This document shows positions 1 through 9,833 of a DNA stretch of 64,000 bases, one piece after another. The stretch is from an uncultured Alphaproteobacteria bacterium (lineage in GTDB: Bacteria > Pseudomonadota > Alphaproteobacteria > RF32 > CAG-239): contig CALXVR010000003.1 in NCBI GenBank assembly GCA_944392155.1, forward strand, positions 3,059-67,058, in the 5' to 3' direction. Within the stretch, counting starts at the first letter, position 1, and the number at the start of each line of letters is the position of its first letter. Under the pieces are notes generated by a model. That model was not told the DNA's origin, did no database searches, and worked only from the letters and a program-made list of their open reading frames with translations. The translations under genes were made by a program, and so were the position numbers.

Positions 1-827
1 TTTTCAATCAGTTTGGATTTGATGACCTGATAAGGTATCTCCGTAATGATGATTTGGTATTGTCCGTGGCCTAAATCTTCTTTTTCCCATTTGGCACGAA
101 TGCGGAATGTGCCCTTGCCCTGTTTGTAGGTGTTTAGAATACTCTCGAAGCTGTCAATGATAACACCACCGGTCGGAAAATCAGGTCCTTTAATGCGGCG
201 AACCAAGGGTTCCATCTCGCAATCGGGCTTTTCAATCAGATAAAGCAAAGCATCGCAGACTTCGCTTAAGTTATGCGGCGGAATGTTGGTCGCCATACCA
301 ACGGCAATACCGGCCGAACCATTGCAGAGCAAGTTTGGCACCATTGAGGGCATTACAACGGGCTCTTCCTCCTCGCCGTCATAGGTTTCGCGAAAATCTA
401 CGGCATTGTCATTCAGGCCTTCCATCAGAGCCATGGCAAACTCGGTCAAACGGGCTTCGGTATAACGCATGGCGGCTGCTCCGTCTCCGTCAATATTACC
501 AAAGTTTCCCTGTCCGTCCACCAAAGGATAACGCACCGAAAAGTCCTGTGCCAGACGCACCATTGCGCCATAAACCGCACTATCGCCATGCGGGTGATAT
601 TTACCGATAACATCACCAACCACGCGCGCACATTTCTTAAAGCCGGATTTTGGGTCTAAGTGAAGTTGGCGCATTGCAAAAAGCAAGCGACGATGCACGG
701 GTTTTAAGCCGTCTCGAACATCCGGCAAAGCGCGGTCAACAATGGTTGACATGGCATAAGACAAATATCTTTTGCTCAGTTCCTCCGAGAGGTGAACATC
801 TCTGATTTTCTCTTCTGTTTCTTCCAT
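1..827 (-). CDS. parC: DNA topoisomerase IV subunit A, N-terminal ~275 codons (rest of the gene lies beyond the left window edge)
   Basis: Absent from the ORF track because it is open at the window edge. My minus-strand translation from ATG (complement of 825-827) reads [110 protein letters not shown]...AAAMRYTE. It stays open to base 1 (..[15 protein letters not shown]). This is the type IIA topoisomerase A-subunit signature. A full-length gyrA is at 55354-58185, so this paralog is called parC. Confidence 0.85.
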   Translation of the reverse strand, partial: MEETEEKIRDVHLSEELSKRYLSYAMSTIVDRALPDVRDGLKPVHRRLLFAMRQLHLDPKSGFKKCARVVGDVIGKYHPHGDSAVYGAMVRLAQDFSVRYPLVDGQGNFGNIDGDGAAAMRYTEARLTEFAMALMEGLNDNAVDFRETYDGEEEEPVVMPSMVPNLLCNGSAGIAVGMATNIPPHNLSEVCDALLYLIEKPDCEMEPLVRRIKGPDFPTGGVIIDSFESILNTYKQGKGTFRIRAKWEKEDLGHGQYQIIITEIPYQVIKSKLIE

Positions 828-848
828 AAAAAATTACTCTAAAATCGT

Positions 849-1565
849 TTATAGGCCTAAGTTATGGAGCAAATTAGCACGGTTTGGCGGGAATTTCAAG
901 TTGTGAGTTTGAAAAAAGTTTTTATTGAGGAAAAACTCGGTCATTTTTAAGAGTTCTGCCACTTCCGCAAGGCTTGGCGCATAGTTTTTATCCACAATAT
1001 AATGCGGAAATCCGAATAACCTCGCCTTATAAGGTTCTCCGGCTTCGGCACAGACAGCCTTACCTGTTTTTGGCGAAACATATTCCAGATTATCGGTGGT
1101 TCCCGTAGCAGAGCATTCGCTTAAATCCAGTCCTACGCCGAGAAAGTCTAAAAGGTAAAATTCAAAATAAGAATAATGTACTAGCCAGTTATCTTCATCT
1201 ATCAGATTAAAAAAGCTGTCTATCATATAGTAAAAATGCTCTAATTCGGCTTTTTCGGGCATGCAGGTATTACAAAGTTCGCATAAAGACATCAGAGTTG
1301 CCAACTTCTTGGCATCGCTTATAAAATGTACGGCTGTCGGCTTTAAGAGCTCGGCCCTTATCGTCAACATATTTTCTTCTAAGCGCGCATAAGCATCTAT
1401 GCTTATCAGATTGCCCGGCTGATAAACACCTAAATTCTTCTTGCTGTGCCCGCCCTTAACATAGCCGATTATTTTGCCGTGCCCTTTGGTTATGAGAGTT
1501 AATATCAACGAGCTCTCGCCATGCTTTCTGACGTTTATGATGTAGCCTTCGTCCGTAAACTGCAA
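849..1565 (-). CDS. recO: DNA repair protein RecO
   Basis: 238-aa ORF. The N-terminal pattern MQFTDEGYIINVRKHGESSLILTLITKGHGKIIGYVKGG and the overall length fit RecO. The track start is TTG. Confidence 0.8.
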   Translation of the reverse strand: MQFTDEGYIINVRKHGESSLILTLITKGHGKIIGYVKGGHSKKNLGVYQPGNLISIDAYARLEENMLTIRAELLKPTAVHFISDAKKLATLMSLCELCNTCMPEKAELEHFYYMIDSFFNLIDEDNWLVHYSYFEFYLLDFLGVGLDLSECSATGTTDNLEYVSPKTGKAVCAEAGEPYKARLFGFPHYIVDKNYAPSLAEVAELLKMTEFFLNKNFFQTHNLKFPPNRANLLHNLGL

Positions 1566-1566
1566 C

Positions 1567-1695
1567 TTATTCCCTCGTCATTACCTCATAAACCCAATTT
1601 GGCGGATTTTTATCAAACTCCCATGCCGATAATATCGCCAGTAATGCGCACAACAATATCAGCCATGTTCCTCTTTGTCTTAAAAAATCTTTCAT
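1567..1695 (-). CDS. possible 42-aa small membrane protein (below the ORF-track length cutoff)
   Basis: My own translation is MKDFLRQRGTWLILLCALLAILSAWEFDKNPPNWVYEVMTRE, with one hydrophobic helix. Its TAA stop lies 1 nt before the recO TTG start. The RBS is weak and the ORF sits immediately after the kdsA terminator hairpin, so it is uncertain. Confidence 0.3.
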   Translation of the reverse strand: MKDFLRQRGTWLILLCALLAILSAWEFDKNPPNWVYEVMTRE

Positions 1696-1703
1696 CGCTT
1701 TTC

Positions 1704-1739
1704 TCTTAAAAATTCTCCCCGAGCTTGGAGTTCGGGGAG
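1704..1739 (-). terminator. intrinsic terminator downstream of kdsA
   Basis: Stem CTCCCCGA (1715-1722) pairs with TCGGGGAG (1732-1739). On the minus strand it is followed by AATTTTTAAG. Confidence 0.6.
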
Positions 1740-1747
1740 GTTTAAGT

Positions 1748-2593
1748 TTAATAATCGTGAATGATTGACTTGGTTACGCTGTCATAGGTCATCAGTTCAC
1801 TCAAAACCCTCTTCATGTCTTTTAAGGGTATCATATTCGGGCCATCTGACAAGGCTTTGTCCGGATTGTTGTGTGTTTCAATGAACACTGCGGCAACACC
1901 GACTGCAACCGCGGCACGAGCCAAAACCGGCGCAAACTCTCTCTGACCGCCTGATGTTCCGCCCTGACCGCTCGGTTGTTGAACCGAGTGCGTGGCGTCA
2001 AAAATTACCGGACAACCTGTTTCTCTAGCCATTGTCGGCAAGCCACGGAAATCTGTTACTAAAGTGTTGTAACCGAAACTAGCACCACGCTCTGTCAAGC
2101 AAACGTTAGAGTTTCCTGCATCTTCAGCTTTTTTGACAATATGTTTCATATCCCATGGAGCGCAGAACTGACCTTTTTTGATATTTACGACTTTTCCGGT
2201 CTTGGCTGCAGCTACGACCAAATCTGTCTGGCGGCACAAAAACGCCGGAATCTGCAACATATCAACGTATTGCGCTACAATGCCGCATTGTTCTTTTTCA
2301 TGAACATCGGTTACAATCGGAATATTGTTGTAGAGTTTCTTGATTTCTTCAAAAGTCAGCATTCCCTCTTCCAGACCGACACCGCGTGCACCGTTAATAG
2401 AGGTGCGGTTAGCTTTGTCAAAAGAAGCTTTGAAAATGTAGTTGATTCCCAATTCCTTAGTGATTTCAACCATGGCGCCGGCCATGTCTATGGCATGTTG
2501 GCGGCTCTCTATTTGGCAAGGTCCAGCTAACAAAGCAAGAGGAAGCTTGTTGCCAATCTTAAAATTACCAATTTCTATTGTTCTTTGTTCCAT
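1748..2593 (-). CDS. kdsA: 3-deoxy-8-phosphooctulonate (KDO-8-P) synthase
   Basis: 281 aa. The pattern LLAGPCQIES...IFKASFDKANRTS...DVHE...LQIPAFLCRQTDL...NIKKGQF...ERG..FGYN.LV.D.R....DATHSVQ is typical of KdsA. Confidence 0.93.
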   Translation of the reverse strand: MEQRTIEIGNFKIGNKLPLALLAGPCQIESRQHAIDMAGAMVEITKELGINYIFKASFDKANRTSINGARGVGLEEGMLTFEEIKKLYNNIPIVTDVHEKEQCGIVAQYVDMLQIPAFLCRQTDLVVAAAKTGKVVNIKKGQFCAPWDMKHIVKKAEDAGNSNVCLTERGASFGYNTLVTDFRGLPTMARETGCPVIFDATHSVQQPSGQGGTSGGQREFAPVLARAAVAVGVAAVFIETHNNPDKALSDGPNMIPLKDMKRVLSELMTYDSVTKSIIHDY

Positions 2594-2661
2594 AGTCTGT
2601 TCCTTTTTGTGTTTTAGGTTTGAGTGTTATAGCACAGAACGCTTTATTTAGCAACTCTGCT

Positions 2662-3060
2662 TTAACAAATATCAATAAGTTTTAATCCTTGAGGTAACTT
2701 TGCTTTGTCCTCTTCCGAGAGCGTAATGTTACATAGCAATAATTCTTGCAGATTTGGCAGATTGGGCAAGATTTTGAGCATTTGAGGCAAAATTTTCTCG
2801 TAAAAATAAGCAACCCGAGCCGTATCTTCGCCAATCTTCTTTTCTTTGCGATAGATTTGAGCTTGTTGTTGTTCCCATTCATCTTTAATCTTTTCTAACG
2901 GTTTAAGAGCGGTTAGCCCTAAAACCTCAAGCTTGGTTGCTTGAGAAAGTAAGGCTATAAACCGCTCTTGTTGTGAGGGCTCGGCATTATCTAAGGTAAA
3001 ACCGAACACCTCACAATTATTATTTTCTAAACCGCTTAGGCGCTCTTCAAGATTTTCCAT
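2662..3060 (-). CDS. hypothetical protein with a weakly leucine-rich-repeat-like C-terminus
   Basis: 132-aa ORF with no signal peptide. The C-terminus reads LPNLPNLQELLLCNITLSEEDKAKLPQGLKLIDI. Its ATG (3058-3060) overlaps the pyrG TAA stop (3060-3062) by one base (TAATG), suggesting translational coupling. Confidence 0.5.
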   Translation of the reverse strand: MENLEERLSGLENNNCEVFGFTLDNAEPSQQERFIALLSQATKLEVLGLTALKPLEKIKDEWEQQQAQIYRKEKKIGEDTARVAYFYEKILPQMLKILPNLPNLQELLLCNITLSEEDKAKLPQGLKLIDIC

Positions 3061-4727
3061 TAGAGCAATCGGCTTTTATCAATAGCCGCCTTAACGAAAG
3101 AAACAAACAGAGGATGCGGCGCAAAAGGTTTAGATTTAAGTTCGGGGTGGAATTGCACGCCGATAAACCACGGATGATCCGGACGTTCACAAATCTCCGG
3201 CAATTTTCCATCCGGTGATTTACCCGCAATAACCATACCTGCTTGGCGCAATTGATCTTCGTACTTAATATTAACTTCATAACGATGACGGTGGCGCTCA
3301 GAGATTTTATCCTTACCATAAATTTTGCGCGCTAAAGAATCTTTGTTCAAAACAGATTCATATGCACCCAGACGCATTGTGCCGCCTAAATCTCCGTCTT
3401 TGTGGCGAATTTGTTTGGCGCCGTCTTTGTCCCATTCGGTCATTAAGCCAACTACCGGTTCGCAAGCTTTACCAAACTCGGTTGTGCCTGCAGTTTTAAT
3501 TCCGGCAACATTACGCATGGTTTCAATAACGGCCAACTGCATACCAAAACAAATACCCAAGAACGGAACATTGTTTTCACGGGCGTATTTAATGGCTAAC
3601 ATTTTGCCTTCCGTTCCTCTTTCGCCAAAGCCGCCGGGGACTAAGATACCGTTAACTTCGGACAGATAGGTTGCGGGGTCGTTATGCTCTAACAGTTCGG
3701 AATCAATCCATTTAATGCGAACCTTAAATTTATTGGCAATTCCACCATGGGTTAAGGCTTCGTTCAAAGACTTATAGGCTTCCAATAGCTGCGTATATTT
3801 GCCGACGACTGCAATCTTGACCTCGCCTTCGGGGCAACGAATCGTGTTTACGATATTTTCCCATTTGCTTAAATCAGGCTCTTTGCCACAATCTAAACCA
3901 AAATGTTTGCAGACTTGCGCATCCATACCTTCATGAGAGTAAGCTACCGGAACTTGATAAATTGTATCGACATCAAGCGCGGCAATAACATTATCTTCTC
4001 TAATATTGCAGAACAAAGCAATTTTGCGTTTTTCATTTTGAGGAATCGGTGTCTGAGAGCGGCAAAGCAACATATCCGGCTGAATACCGTACTCTTGCAA
4101 CTTTTTAACAGAGTGTTGCGTTGGTTTGGTTTTAAGCTCTCCTGCCGCCGGAATATATGGCAACAAGGTAACGTGTATGAACATTATTCTGTCTCGTCCC
4201 AAGTCATAAGCGACCTGACGAATCGCCTCCAAATAAGGCTGACCTTCAATATCGCCGACGGTTCCGCCTATTTCGCACAAGACAAAATCTTCGTCGGTTA
4301 CGTCAGAATAAATAAAGTCCTTAATCTCGTTGGTTACATGAGGAATAACCTGAATTGTTGCCCCCAGATAATCGCCATGACGTTCTTTATCAATAACTCT
4401 TTGATAAATCTTGCCCGTGGTAATACTATCTGTGCGTTTGGCCGGCACACCAGAGAAACGCTCATAGTGTCCTAAGTCCAGGTCTGCTTCCGTTCCGTCA
4501 TCGGTTACGAAAACTTCACCATGTTGGTATGGGCTCATGGTTCCGGGGTCTACGTTCAAGTAAGGGTCAAGTTTGCGTAAACGTACCTTAAAGCCCCTCG
4601 CCTGCAAAATAGATGCTAAAGATGCCGAGGCTAAACCTTTACCTAAAGATGATACGACACCTCCCGTAATAAAAATAAATTTTGCTTTCTTTGACAATAC
4701 GTTATCTAGATTTGACAATTCAGTCAT
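3060..4727 (-). CDS. pyrG: CTP synthase
   Basis: 555 aa. The N-terminus [19 protein letters not shown], the glutamine amidotransferase motif GICFGMQ and the C-terminal QFHPE are all present. Confidence 0.97.
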   Translation of the reverse strand: MTELSNLDNVLSKKAKFIFITGGVVSSLGKGLASASLASILQARGFKVRLRKLDPYLNVDPGTMSPYQHGEVFVTDDGTEADLDLGHYERFSGVPAKRTDSITTGKIYQRVIDKERHGDYLGATIQVIPHVTNEIKDFIYSDVTDEDFVLCEIGGTVGDIEGQPYLEAIRQVAYDLGRDRIMFIHVTLLPYIPAAGELKTKPTQHSVKKLQEYGIQPDMLLCRSQTPIPQNEKRKIALFCNIREDNVIAALDVDTIYQVPVAYSHEGMDAQVCKHFGLDCGKEPDLSKWENIVNTIRCPEGEVKIAVVGKYTQLLEAYKSLNEALTHGGIANKFKVRIKWIDSELLEHNDPATYLSEVNGILVPGGFGERGTEGKMLAIKYARENNVPFLGICFGMQLAVIETMRNVAGIKTAGTTEFGKACEPVVGLMTEWDKDGAKQIRHKDGDLGGTMRLGAYESVLNKDSLARKIYGKDKISERHRHRYEVNIKYEDQLRQAGMVIAGKSPDGKLPEICERPDHPWFIGVQFHPELKSKPFAPHPLFVSFVKAAIDKSRLL

Positions 4728-4756
4728 TCCTATAATTCCTATCTATATTTCGGTTG

Positions 4757-4798
4757 TTTAAAAGTGACAAAGGCACCAACTCTTTTGAGAGGTGCCTT
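4757..4798 (-). terminator. intrinsic terminator downstream of secG
   Basis: Stem AAGGCACC (4770-4777) pairs with GGTGCCTT (4791-4798). On the minus strand it is followed by GTCACTTTT. Confidence 0.55.
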
Positions 4799-4819
4799 AT
4801 GTCCGATAATTTGTGTCAT

Positions 4820-5137
4820 TTATTTTTCCGCTACCGGTGCGCTCGGAACCGAAGGTGCCGATGATGTTGCCGGAGATTGTTCCAAAATGGATGTCGGCTG
4901 AGGTTCAGCACTCTTATAATAGATTGAGAGCGAAATACTGGTTAAGAAAAATATTGTGGCTAAAATAGCTGTGGTTCTGGTCAGCATATTGCCCGTGCCA
5001 CGTGCGCTCAAAATTGAGCTGGCACCGCTGCCGCCGCCTAAACCATCCAAAGCACCGCCGCCGGAGCGTTGCATCAAAATCAATGCAACCAAGAAAATCG
5101 CTACCAGCAGATGAACCACTAATAAAACTGTTTCCAT
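4820..5137 (-). CDS. secG: preprotein translocase subunit SecG
   Basis: 105 aa with two TM helices. It has the glycine-rich loop LMQRSGGGALDGLGGGSGASS. It lies between tpiA and pyrG, as is common. Confidence 0.85.
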   Translation of the reverse strand: METVLLVVHLLVAIFLVALILMQRSGGGALDGLGGGSGASSILSARGTGNMLTRTTAILATIFFLTSISLSIYYKSAEPQPTSILEQSPATSSAPSVPSAPVAEK

Positions 5138-5155
5138 TCTTTTTATTCCTTATTC

Positions 5156-5920
5156 TTATTTTTCACTAGCATTTTTGGCAATAGCCATAAAGTCAGCGAC
5201 TTTCAGGCTGGCACCGCCGATTAAGGCACCATCAACATCCGGCAAAGACAAAAATTCTTTGGCGTTTGAGGGTTTTACGGAACCACCGTACAAAATCTTC
5301 ATCTTATTGGCGTTGCCTTTGCCGATTTTCTTAGCTAAAACCTTGCGAACAGCGGCGTGAACTTCTTCAACATCGTTAGCTGTCGGGGTTTTGCCTGTGC
5401 CGATTGCCCAAACAGGCTCATAAGCGATAACCGTGTCAGCAGCGGTAGAATCATCCGGAACAGAACCCAAGATTTGCTCTTTGCAAACATCAATGGTTTT
5501 GCCGGCATCTCTTTGAGTCTCTGTTTCGCCAATGCAAATAACGGTTTTAAGTCCGGCAGCGTGAGCGGCAACAGCCTTTTTGCAAATCAACTCATTTGAT
5601 TCAAAATGGTCTGCTCTGCGCTCAGAGTGACCGATGATGACATAAGTGCAACCCAAGTCTTTAAGCATTAAAGGGCTGATGTCTCCAGTATGAGCGCCTT
5701 TCTCAGCAAAGTGAACATCCTGTGCGCCGAGAGCAACTTTCGCACCGCGCAAAGCTTTTTTGACAGATGCCAGCAAAGTGAACGGCGGGCATACCAAAAA
5801 TTCGCATTCAGATTTGCCAAAAGCCTTAACTTCCTGAGCAATGCCTTTTGCCAAAGCAATGCCGTCTTCCATAAGACCATTCATTTTCCAGTTACCTGCA
5901 ATGAGTTTTTTTCTTGCCAT
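5156..5920 (-). CDS. tpiA: triosephosphate isomerase
   Basis: 254 aa with the motifs GNWKMNG, IGHSERR, AYEPVWAIGTG and GGASLK. Confidence 0.95.
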   Translation of the reverse strand: MARKKLIAGNWKMNGLMEDGIALAKGIAQEVKAFGKSECEFLVCPPFTLLASVKKALRGAKVALGAQDVHFAEKGAHTGDISPLMLKDLGCTYVIIGHSERRADHFESNELICKKAVAAHAAGLKTVICIGETETQRDAGKTIDVCKEQILGSVPDDSTAADTVIAYEPVWAIGTGKTPTANDVEEVHAAVRKVLAKKIGKGNANKMKILYGGSVKPSNAKEFLSLPDVDGALIGGASLKVADFMAIAKNASEK

Positions 5921-6092
5921 GATTAATAATCCTTTACTTATAAATTTTCATTGTCGTCTTTGTAGCACAACAAAAATATATTTTCCAGCTAAAAAAACTT
6001 TTCAACACGAATATTTATAAGATTGCATAAATTATTAAAATTACCATATAATACGGAAAGTTTAAAATTTTTGATTATGGGATTTTTCAGAA

Positions 6093-7973
6093 ATGATGGA
6101 TAAATTAGCAAAAGCTCAAAAAAATTGGTTATCTAAAATCGTTTTGATTTTGACGGCATTGAGCTTTATGTCTTTGTTCGGTGTTTCCGGCTATTTGACC
6201 GGTGCTGCTCAGAATAAGCCTGTTATTAAGGTTGATGACATTAAGATTTCGCAACAGCAATTTGCTTTGCTTTTTGAACAAGAACAACAAATGGCGCGCA
6301 ACCTCTTCGGTGATAATCTGCAAATTACCGATGAGATTAGAACAGCAATGTTACAAGGATTGGTTCAGAGAGAATTAACTAATGCCATTATTGAACGTGC
6401 AGCTGAAAAGCTTAATATTCATATAAGTGATAATTTGGTTCGTAAAATTGTTTATTCTCAAGCTGAGTTTTTAGACGCAAACGGAAACTTTAGTTTGGAT
6501 CGTTTGCGGATGGTGCTTTCTGCTTCCGGTTGGACTGAAGATCGTTATATTGACGCTTTGAAAAAAGATATTGTCAAACAACAACTTATTCAGAACCCGG
6601 CGTCGAATATGAATGTGCCGGATGTTTTGCTTAATAAGCTCGCTGTTGTCGAAAATATGCGCCGCGTGTTTAAATATATTGTGGTTGATCCGGCAAAAGT
6701 AAAGGTCGACCGTAAAATTACTCCGGAAGAAAAAGAACAGTATTATGCCGACTTCAGTACAAACTTTATAGAACCTGAAAAGCGTGACGTTTCCTTCGTT
6801 GTCTTGTCTGTTGATGATATGGCTCGGAATATGGTTCCTGACGATGCCGATATTGAGGCTTATTATGCCGAAAATATTGCTCAGTTTGAAGTTCCGGAAA
6901 CACGCAAAATTTTGCAAATGGCTTTTGATACCAAAGAAGATGCGGATAAAGCCATGTCTCAACTTAATGAGGGCAAAGATTTTTACAAAGTTGCTCAGGA
7001 AGTTGCCGGACAAACAAAGGAAGCCACGGATTTGGGATATGTCGCAAAAGACATGCTGATTGCCGATATGGCTGATGATATGTTTGCAGCCAAAGCCGGA
7101 GATGTCTTGGGTCCTGTTAAATCTGATTTGGGTTGGCATATTATGAAACTGACAGATATTAAAGCAGGCTCAAAGATGGACAAAGCTAAGGCCAAAGCAA
7201 AGATTGTCGAAACTTTGAAAAAAGAGCGCGCTTATGACGAGGCTTATGCCGTTGCCGCTGAAATTGAAGATAAAATCGGCGGCGGTGCCGGATTGGAAGA
7301 TATTGCAAAAGACATGAAAACTCAAATCAAGGTGGTAAAAGGTTTGGGTGAAGACGGTAAATATGCTTCTGCAGCTCAAGGTTATGATAAGACATTGAAA
7401 TCTTCCGAGTTCGTGGACACAGCTTTTTCTTATAATGTTGGTGAAGTGAGCCAGATTGTGGAAACTGATGATGGTTTTGTTATTGCCAGAGTTGATAAAA
7501 TCGCTGATGCTCACCCCTTGCCTATTGAAGCCGTTAGCGGTGAAATAGAAAAAATGTGGGAAATTAATGAGCGTTCGGCTATTGCTCAAGAGATTGTTAA
7601 CGATGTTATGCATGATCTTGAAAACGGTGACAAAATTGATGATGTCGCTCAACGTTTTGGTTTGAATGTTAAAACAACAAAACCGCTTAACCGTGGCGGA
7701 AGTTTTGAAGGATTGAATCAAGATGCTATGATTGAGCTGTTCCAGGAAAGCCTTGACGAACCGAAGCTCATTACACAAGGCGATGAAAAGATTATTGCCG
7801 TTACGGATAAAGTTATCGGCAAGAACGAAAAGCCTGATGAAGAGCTTGCCTTTGGTGTTGAGCGTCGGGTTAAGATTGATCTTAGCCAAGATGTTGCCAA
7901 TGCGTTGGTTAACAGCTTTGGGGAAGATTATGATGTTCGGGTGAAATATCGGCTGATTGGATTAGCTGACTAG
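6093..7973 (+). CDS. PpiD-like periplasmic chaperone / parvulin-type peptidyl-prolyl isomerase
   Basis: 626 aa with an N-terminal membrane anchor (IVLILTALSFMSLFGVSGYL). A SurA-N-like region is followed by a parvulin-like core (GDVLGPVKSDLGWHIMKLTD). Confidence 0.75.
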   Translation: MMDKLAKAQKNWLSKIVLILTALSFMSLFGVSGYLTGAAQNKPVIKVDDIKISQQQFALLFEQEQQMARNLFGDNLQITDEIRTAMLQGLVQRELTNAIIERAAEKLNIHISDNLVRKIVYSQAEFLDANGNFSLDRLRMVLSASGWTEDRYIDALKKDIVKQQLIQNPASNMNVPDVLLNKLAVVENMRRVFKYIVVDPAKVKVDRKITPEEKEQYYADFSTNFIEPEKRDVSFVVLSVDDMARNMVPDDADIEAYYAENIAQFEVPETRKILQMAFDTKEDADKAMSQLNEGKDFYKVAQEVAGQTKEATDLGYVAKDMLIADMADDMFAAKAGDVLGPVKSDLGWHIMKLTDIKAGSKMDKAKAKAKIVETLKKERAYDEAYAVAAEIEDKIGGGAGLEDIAKDMKTQIKVVKGLGEDGKYASAAQGYDKTLKSSEFVDTAFSYNVGEVSQIVETDDGFVIARVDKIADAHPLPIEAVSGEIEKMWEINERSAIAQEIVNDVMHDLENGDKIDDVAQRFGLNVKTTKPLNRGGSFEGLNQDAMIELFQESLDEPKLITQGDEKIIAVTDKVIGKNEKPDEELAFGVERRVKIDLSQDVANALVNSFGEDYDVRVKYRLIGLAD

Positions 7974-7990
7974 TCCCTCTTCTCTTCATT

Positions 7991-8025
7991 AAAATACCTC
8001 GTAAAAAACGCGAGGTATTTTTTTT
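7991..8025 (+). terminator. intrinsic terminator downstream of the PpiD-like gene
   Basis: Stem ATACCTCG (7994-8001) pairs with CGAGGTAT (8011-8018). A run of 7 T follows. Confidence 0.75.
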
Positions 8026-8198
8026 GGTCTTTTTTGTCTAGACAGAATTGGATAAATGTGCTATTATCTCCTTCATGTGAAAAATTAGTATGTGATTATA
8101 ATGATGTTGAGGCAAACTCTTAAGTTTGATTTAAGACTTTTGCAAACTGATTTTTCATTTTTTTACTGAATATATGTTAAACTTAAATACAAAAGAAA

Positions 8199-8564
8199 AT
8201 GAAAAATTTTGTTAAAAGAGCCGCGCAAGTATTTTTAGCGGCAGTGGTATTATTTTTTATTTATGCTGGCTATTTGTTTATGATGGCAGGTAGCTGGCGC
8301 GGTATGGAAGCATTTACCTCTTCTCTCTTTGAGGAGGATTTGAACGATGCTCCGACCGTAACAATTAAATCTGTTTCCTGTGGCTTCTTGAGCTGGAGCA
8401 GAAAAGTGGAATTGAGTAATGGGCAGAAAATATACTTCCATCGGGATACAAACCCGAGCGCATGGAAGTTAGAAAAAGGCGATAAAATAGCTATATATAT
8501 CAGCCCAGGTGAACTTGAAAAAAACAAAAGCGCTTATTTCTGCGGCGCTTTTGAAAAAAGGTGA
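8199..8564 (+). CDS. hypothetical membrane-anchored protein
   Basis: 121-aa ORF with one N-terminal TM helix (VFLAAVVLFFIYAGYLFMMAG). No family recognised. Confidence 0.5.
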   Translation: MKNFVKRAAQVFLAAVVLFFIYAGYLFMMAGSWRGMEAFTSSLFEEDLNDAPTVTIKSVSCGFLSWSRKVELSNGQKIYFHRDTNPSAWKLEKGDKIAIYISPGELEKNKSAYFCGAFEKR

Positions 8565-8592
8565 ATAAGTCATACAATCAAGCAGAAAATCA

Positions 8593-8630
8593 AAACCCCT
8601 TCGTCGTGATGACTGAAGGGGTTTCTCTTT
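8593..8630. terminator. bidirectional hairpin terminator between convergent genes
   Basis: Perfect 10-bp stem AAACCCCTTC (8593-8602) / GAAGGGGTTT (8615-8624). T-rich tracts follow on both strands. Confidence 0.65.
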
Positions 8631-8647
8631 CTTATAATAAGCTTTTT

Positions 8648-9232
8648 TTATTCAATGCAGCAATCTACAGCTTTGCGGACAAAGGCTTTCATCTTTGCAA
8701 GAGCTCCTTGAGGTGCGTCTGCCACCTTCTCTTCTGCTTGAGCTTCCGCCGTGGCTTCGTTGACTTTGGCTGTCAGCTTTTTGACCGTTTCGACATCGTC
8801 TTTTATCCACTTAACATCGTCTACATTGAGCATATTCATATTCAAGCCCCAGAACAGGCAATAAAGGTCATAGGCCTTATTGAACAAGTCATAAGCTTGT
8901 TCCTTATTGCCCAAGCTTTGCTGTTTGGTGCCAACTTCCATCAAGCGCATGGAAGATGCCAGTAAGTGTTTGGAAATACACCAAACTTCGCCCTCGTAAG
9001 CCGGAATAACCTTTTGCATGAGAGTTTTGCGGGTTTCCCTGATTTCCTCAATCAGATCATAGAAAGATGTCTTGCCTGTTTTAGCCCCTGAAAACATCAA
9101 ATGTTCCTCAATGGAAATCAGGTTCATAATCGCAATTGTTAAGTCCTGATCCGAGGACAAATCTTTAGGATTTACTTTTTTTGTGCTGTCTATGCGCTCC
9201 ACGAATTCTTTTACATTTTTTGCTTTATTCAT
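8648..9232 (-). CDS. hypothetical soluble protein ending in a Cys-Cys motif
   Basis: 194-aa ORF with protein-like composition (..ISIEEHLMFSGAKTGKTSFYDLIEEIRETRKTLM..EVWCISKHLLASSMRLMEVG..). The C-terminus is VDCCIE. It is 9 nt downstream of the preceding gene. No family recognised. Confidence 0.6.
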   Translation of the reverse strand: MNKAKNVKEFVERIDSTKKVNPKDLSSDQDLTIAIMNLISIEEHLMFSGAKTGKTSFYDLIEEIRETRKTLMQKVIPAYEGEVWCISKHLLASSMRLMEVGTKQQSLGNKEQAYDLFNKAYDLYCLFWGLNMNMLNVDDVKWIKDDVETVKKLTAKVNEATAEAQAEEKVADAPQGALAKMKAFVRKAVDCCIE

Positions 9233-9241
9233 TTCTATCTC

Positions 9242-9775
9242 CTAAAAATTATATAATTCGGCAGCTGTTTCCTGACAAATCGGGAAATAATAAAAATAAG
9301 CACTCGTCAAAAGCAAAGCAACGACGGGAACAACAACTTTTTCAAACGGGAAATGAGCGTGTCCGCCGTTTTTGGCTTTCATCCATTGATAAAAGTCAGA
9401 AGACCAAATCAAGACCAAAGCGCCCAGAATTGTTGAGAACAAAAACGGGTCAAGATATAAAATACCAATGACTTCCGAGTGGTACTCGAGTTCGCTTATG
9501 TACATGAAACCAATCATGGCGACGGAAACGATAATGATTGTCCAATCTCGTCCCTTAAAGTTCCAACCTTTTTTATCAAACCATTTAATACACCAAAAAC
9601 CAAGCAGTGTTAAGAAAGCACCGGCCCAAACACCGACAACACTATCATCTACACCCAATGAACGAGCGATTTCCAAGGAGGCCCCGACAGCAATTGTGCA
9701 TACTGCGCAAGCCGGATTAGCGTAAGCTGGGAAGGTTATTGCCAACAAAAGTAACAAACATAAACTAAAAGCCAT
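9242..9775 (-). CDS. hypothetical polytopic membrane protein with an N-terminal CxxC motif
   Basis: 177 aa. It has a signal-like N-terminus (LLLLLAITFPAYANPACAVCT) and about 4 further hydrophobic helices. No family recognised. Confidence 0.6.
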   Translation of the reverse strand: MAFSLCLLLLLAITFPAYANPACAVCTIAVGASLEIARSLGVDDSVVGVWAGAFLTLLGFWCIKWFDKKGWNFKGRDWTIIIVSVAMIGFMYISELEYHSEVIGILYLDPFLFSTILGALVLIWSSDFYQWMKAKNGGHAHFPFEKVVVPVVALLLTSAYFYYFPICQETAAELYNF

Positions 9776-9833
9776 TTTTATATCCTTTCATTTAATTTGT
9801 TATCATTATTGCTTAAATTGATTAAAAATCAAC

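Noticed and set aside
335-610. Sequence similarity between 335-610 and 57801-57992 (similar spurious ORF products ending ..AGDIY), which looked like a dispersed repeat.
   Set aside because: This is explained by paralogy. Both regions encode the conserved GKYHPHGD...MRYTE core of type IIA topoisomerase A subunits (parC and gyrA) on the minus strand. It is not a mobile or repeat element.
6471-7889. Long antisense ORFs inside the PpiD-like gene (6471-7139 and 7170-7889, minus strand). The same situation occurs at 3903-4475 (inside pyrG), 9877-10560 (inside SulP), 18470-18949 and 18510-19067 (inside proS), 22823-23371, 36999-37511, 37828-38304, 50718-51185 and 57352-57789.
   Set aside because: Each lies fully within a gene on the other strand or frame that has a clear family identity. 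Their translations are low-complexity and rich in F/I/N/R/C, as expected from antisense reading of AT-rich coding DNA, and they lack RBS context.
8561-8965. 134-aa plus-strand ORF overlapping the 8648-9232 gene.
   Set aside because: It reads straight through the 8593-8630 terminator hairpin and has an antisense-like composition (CHLLFCLSFRRGF..). The minus-strand ORF is the plausible gene.
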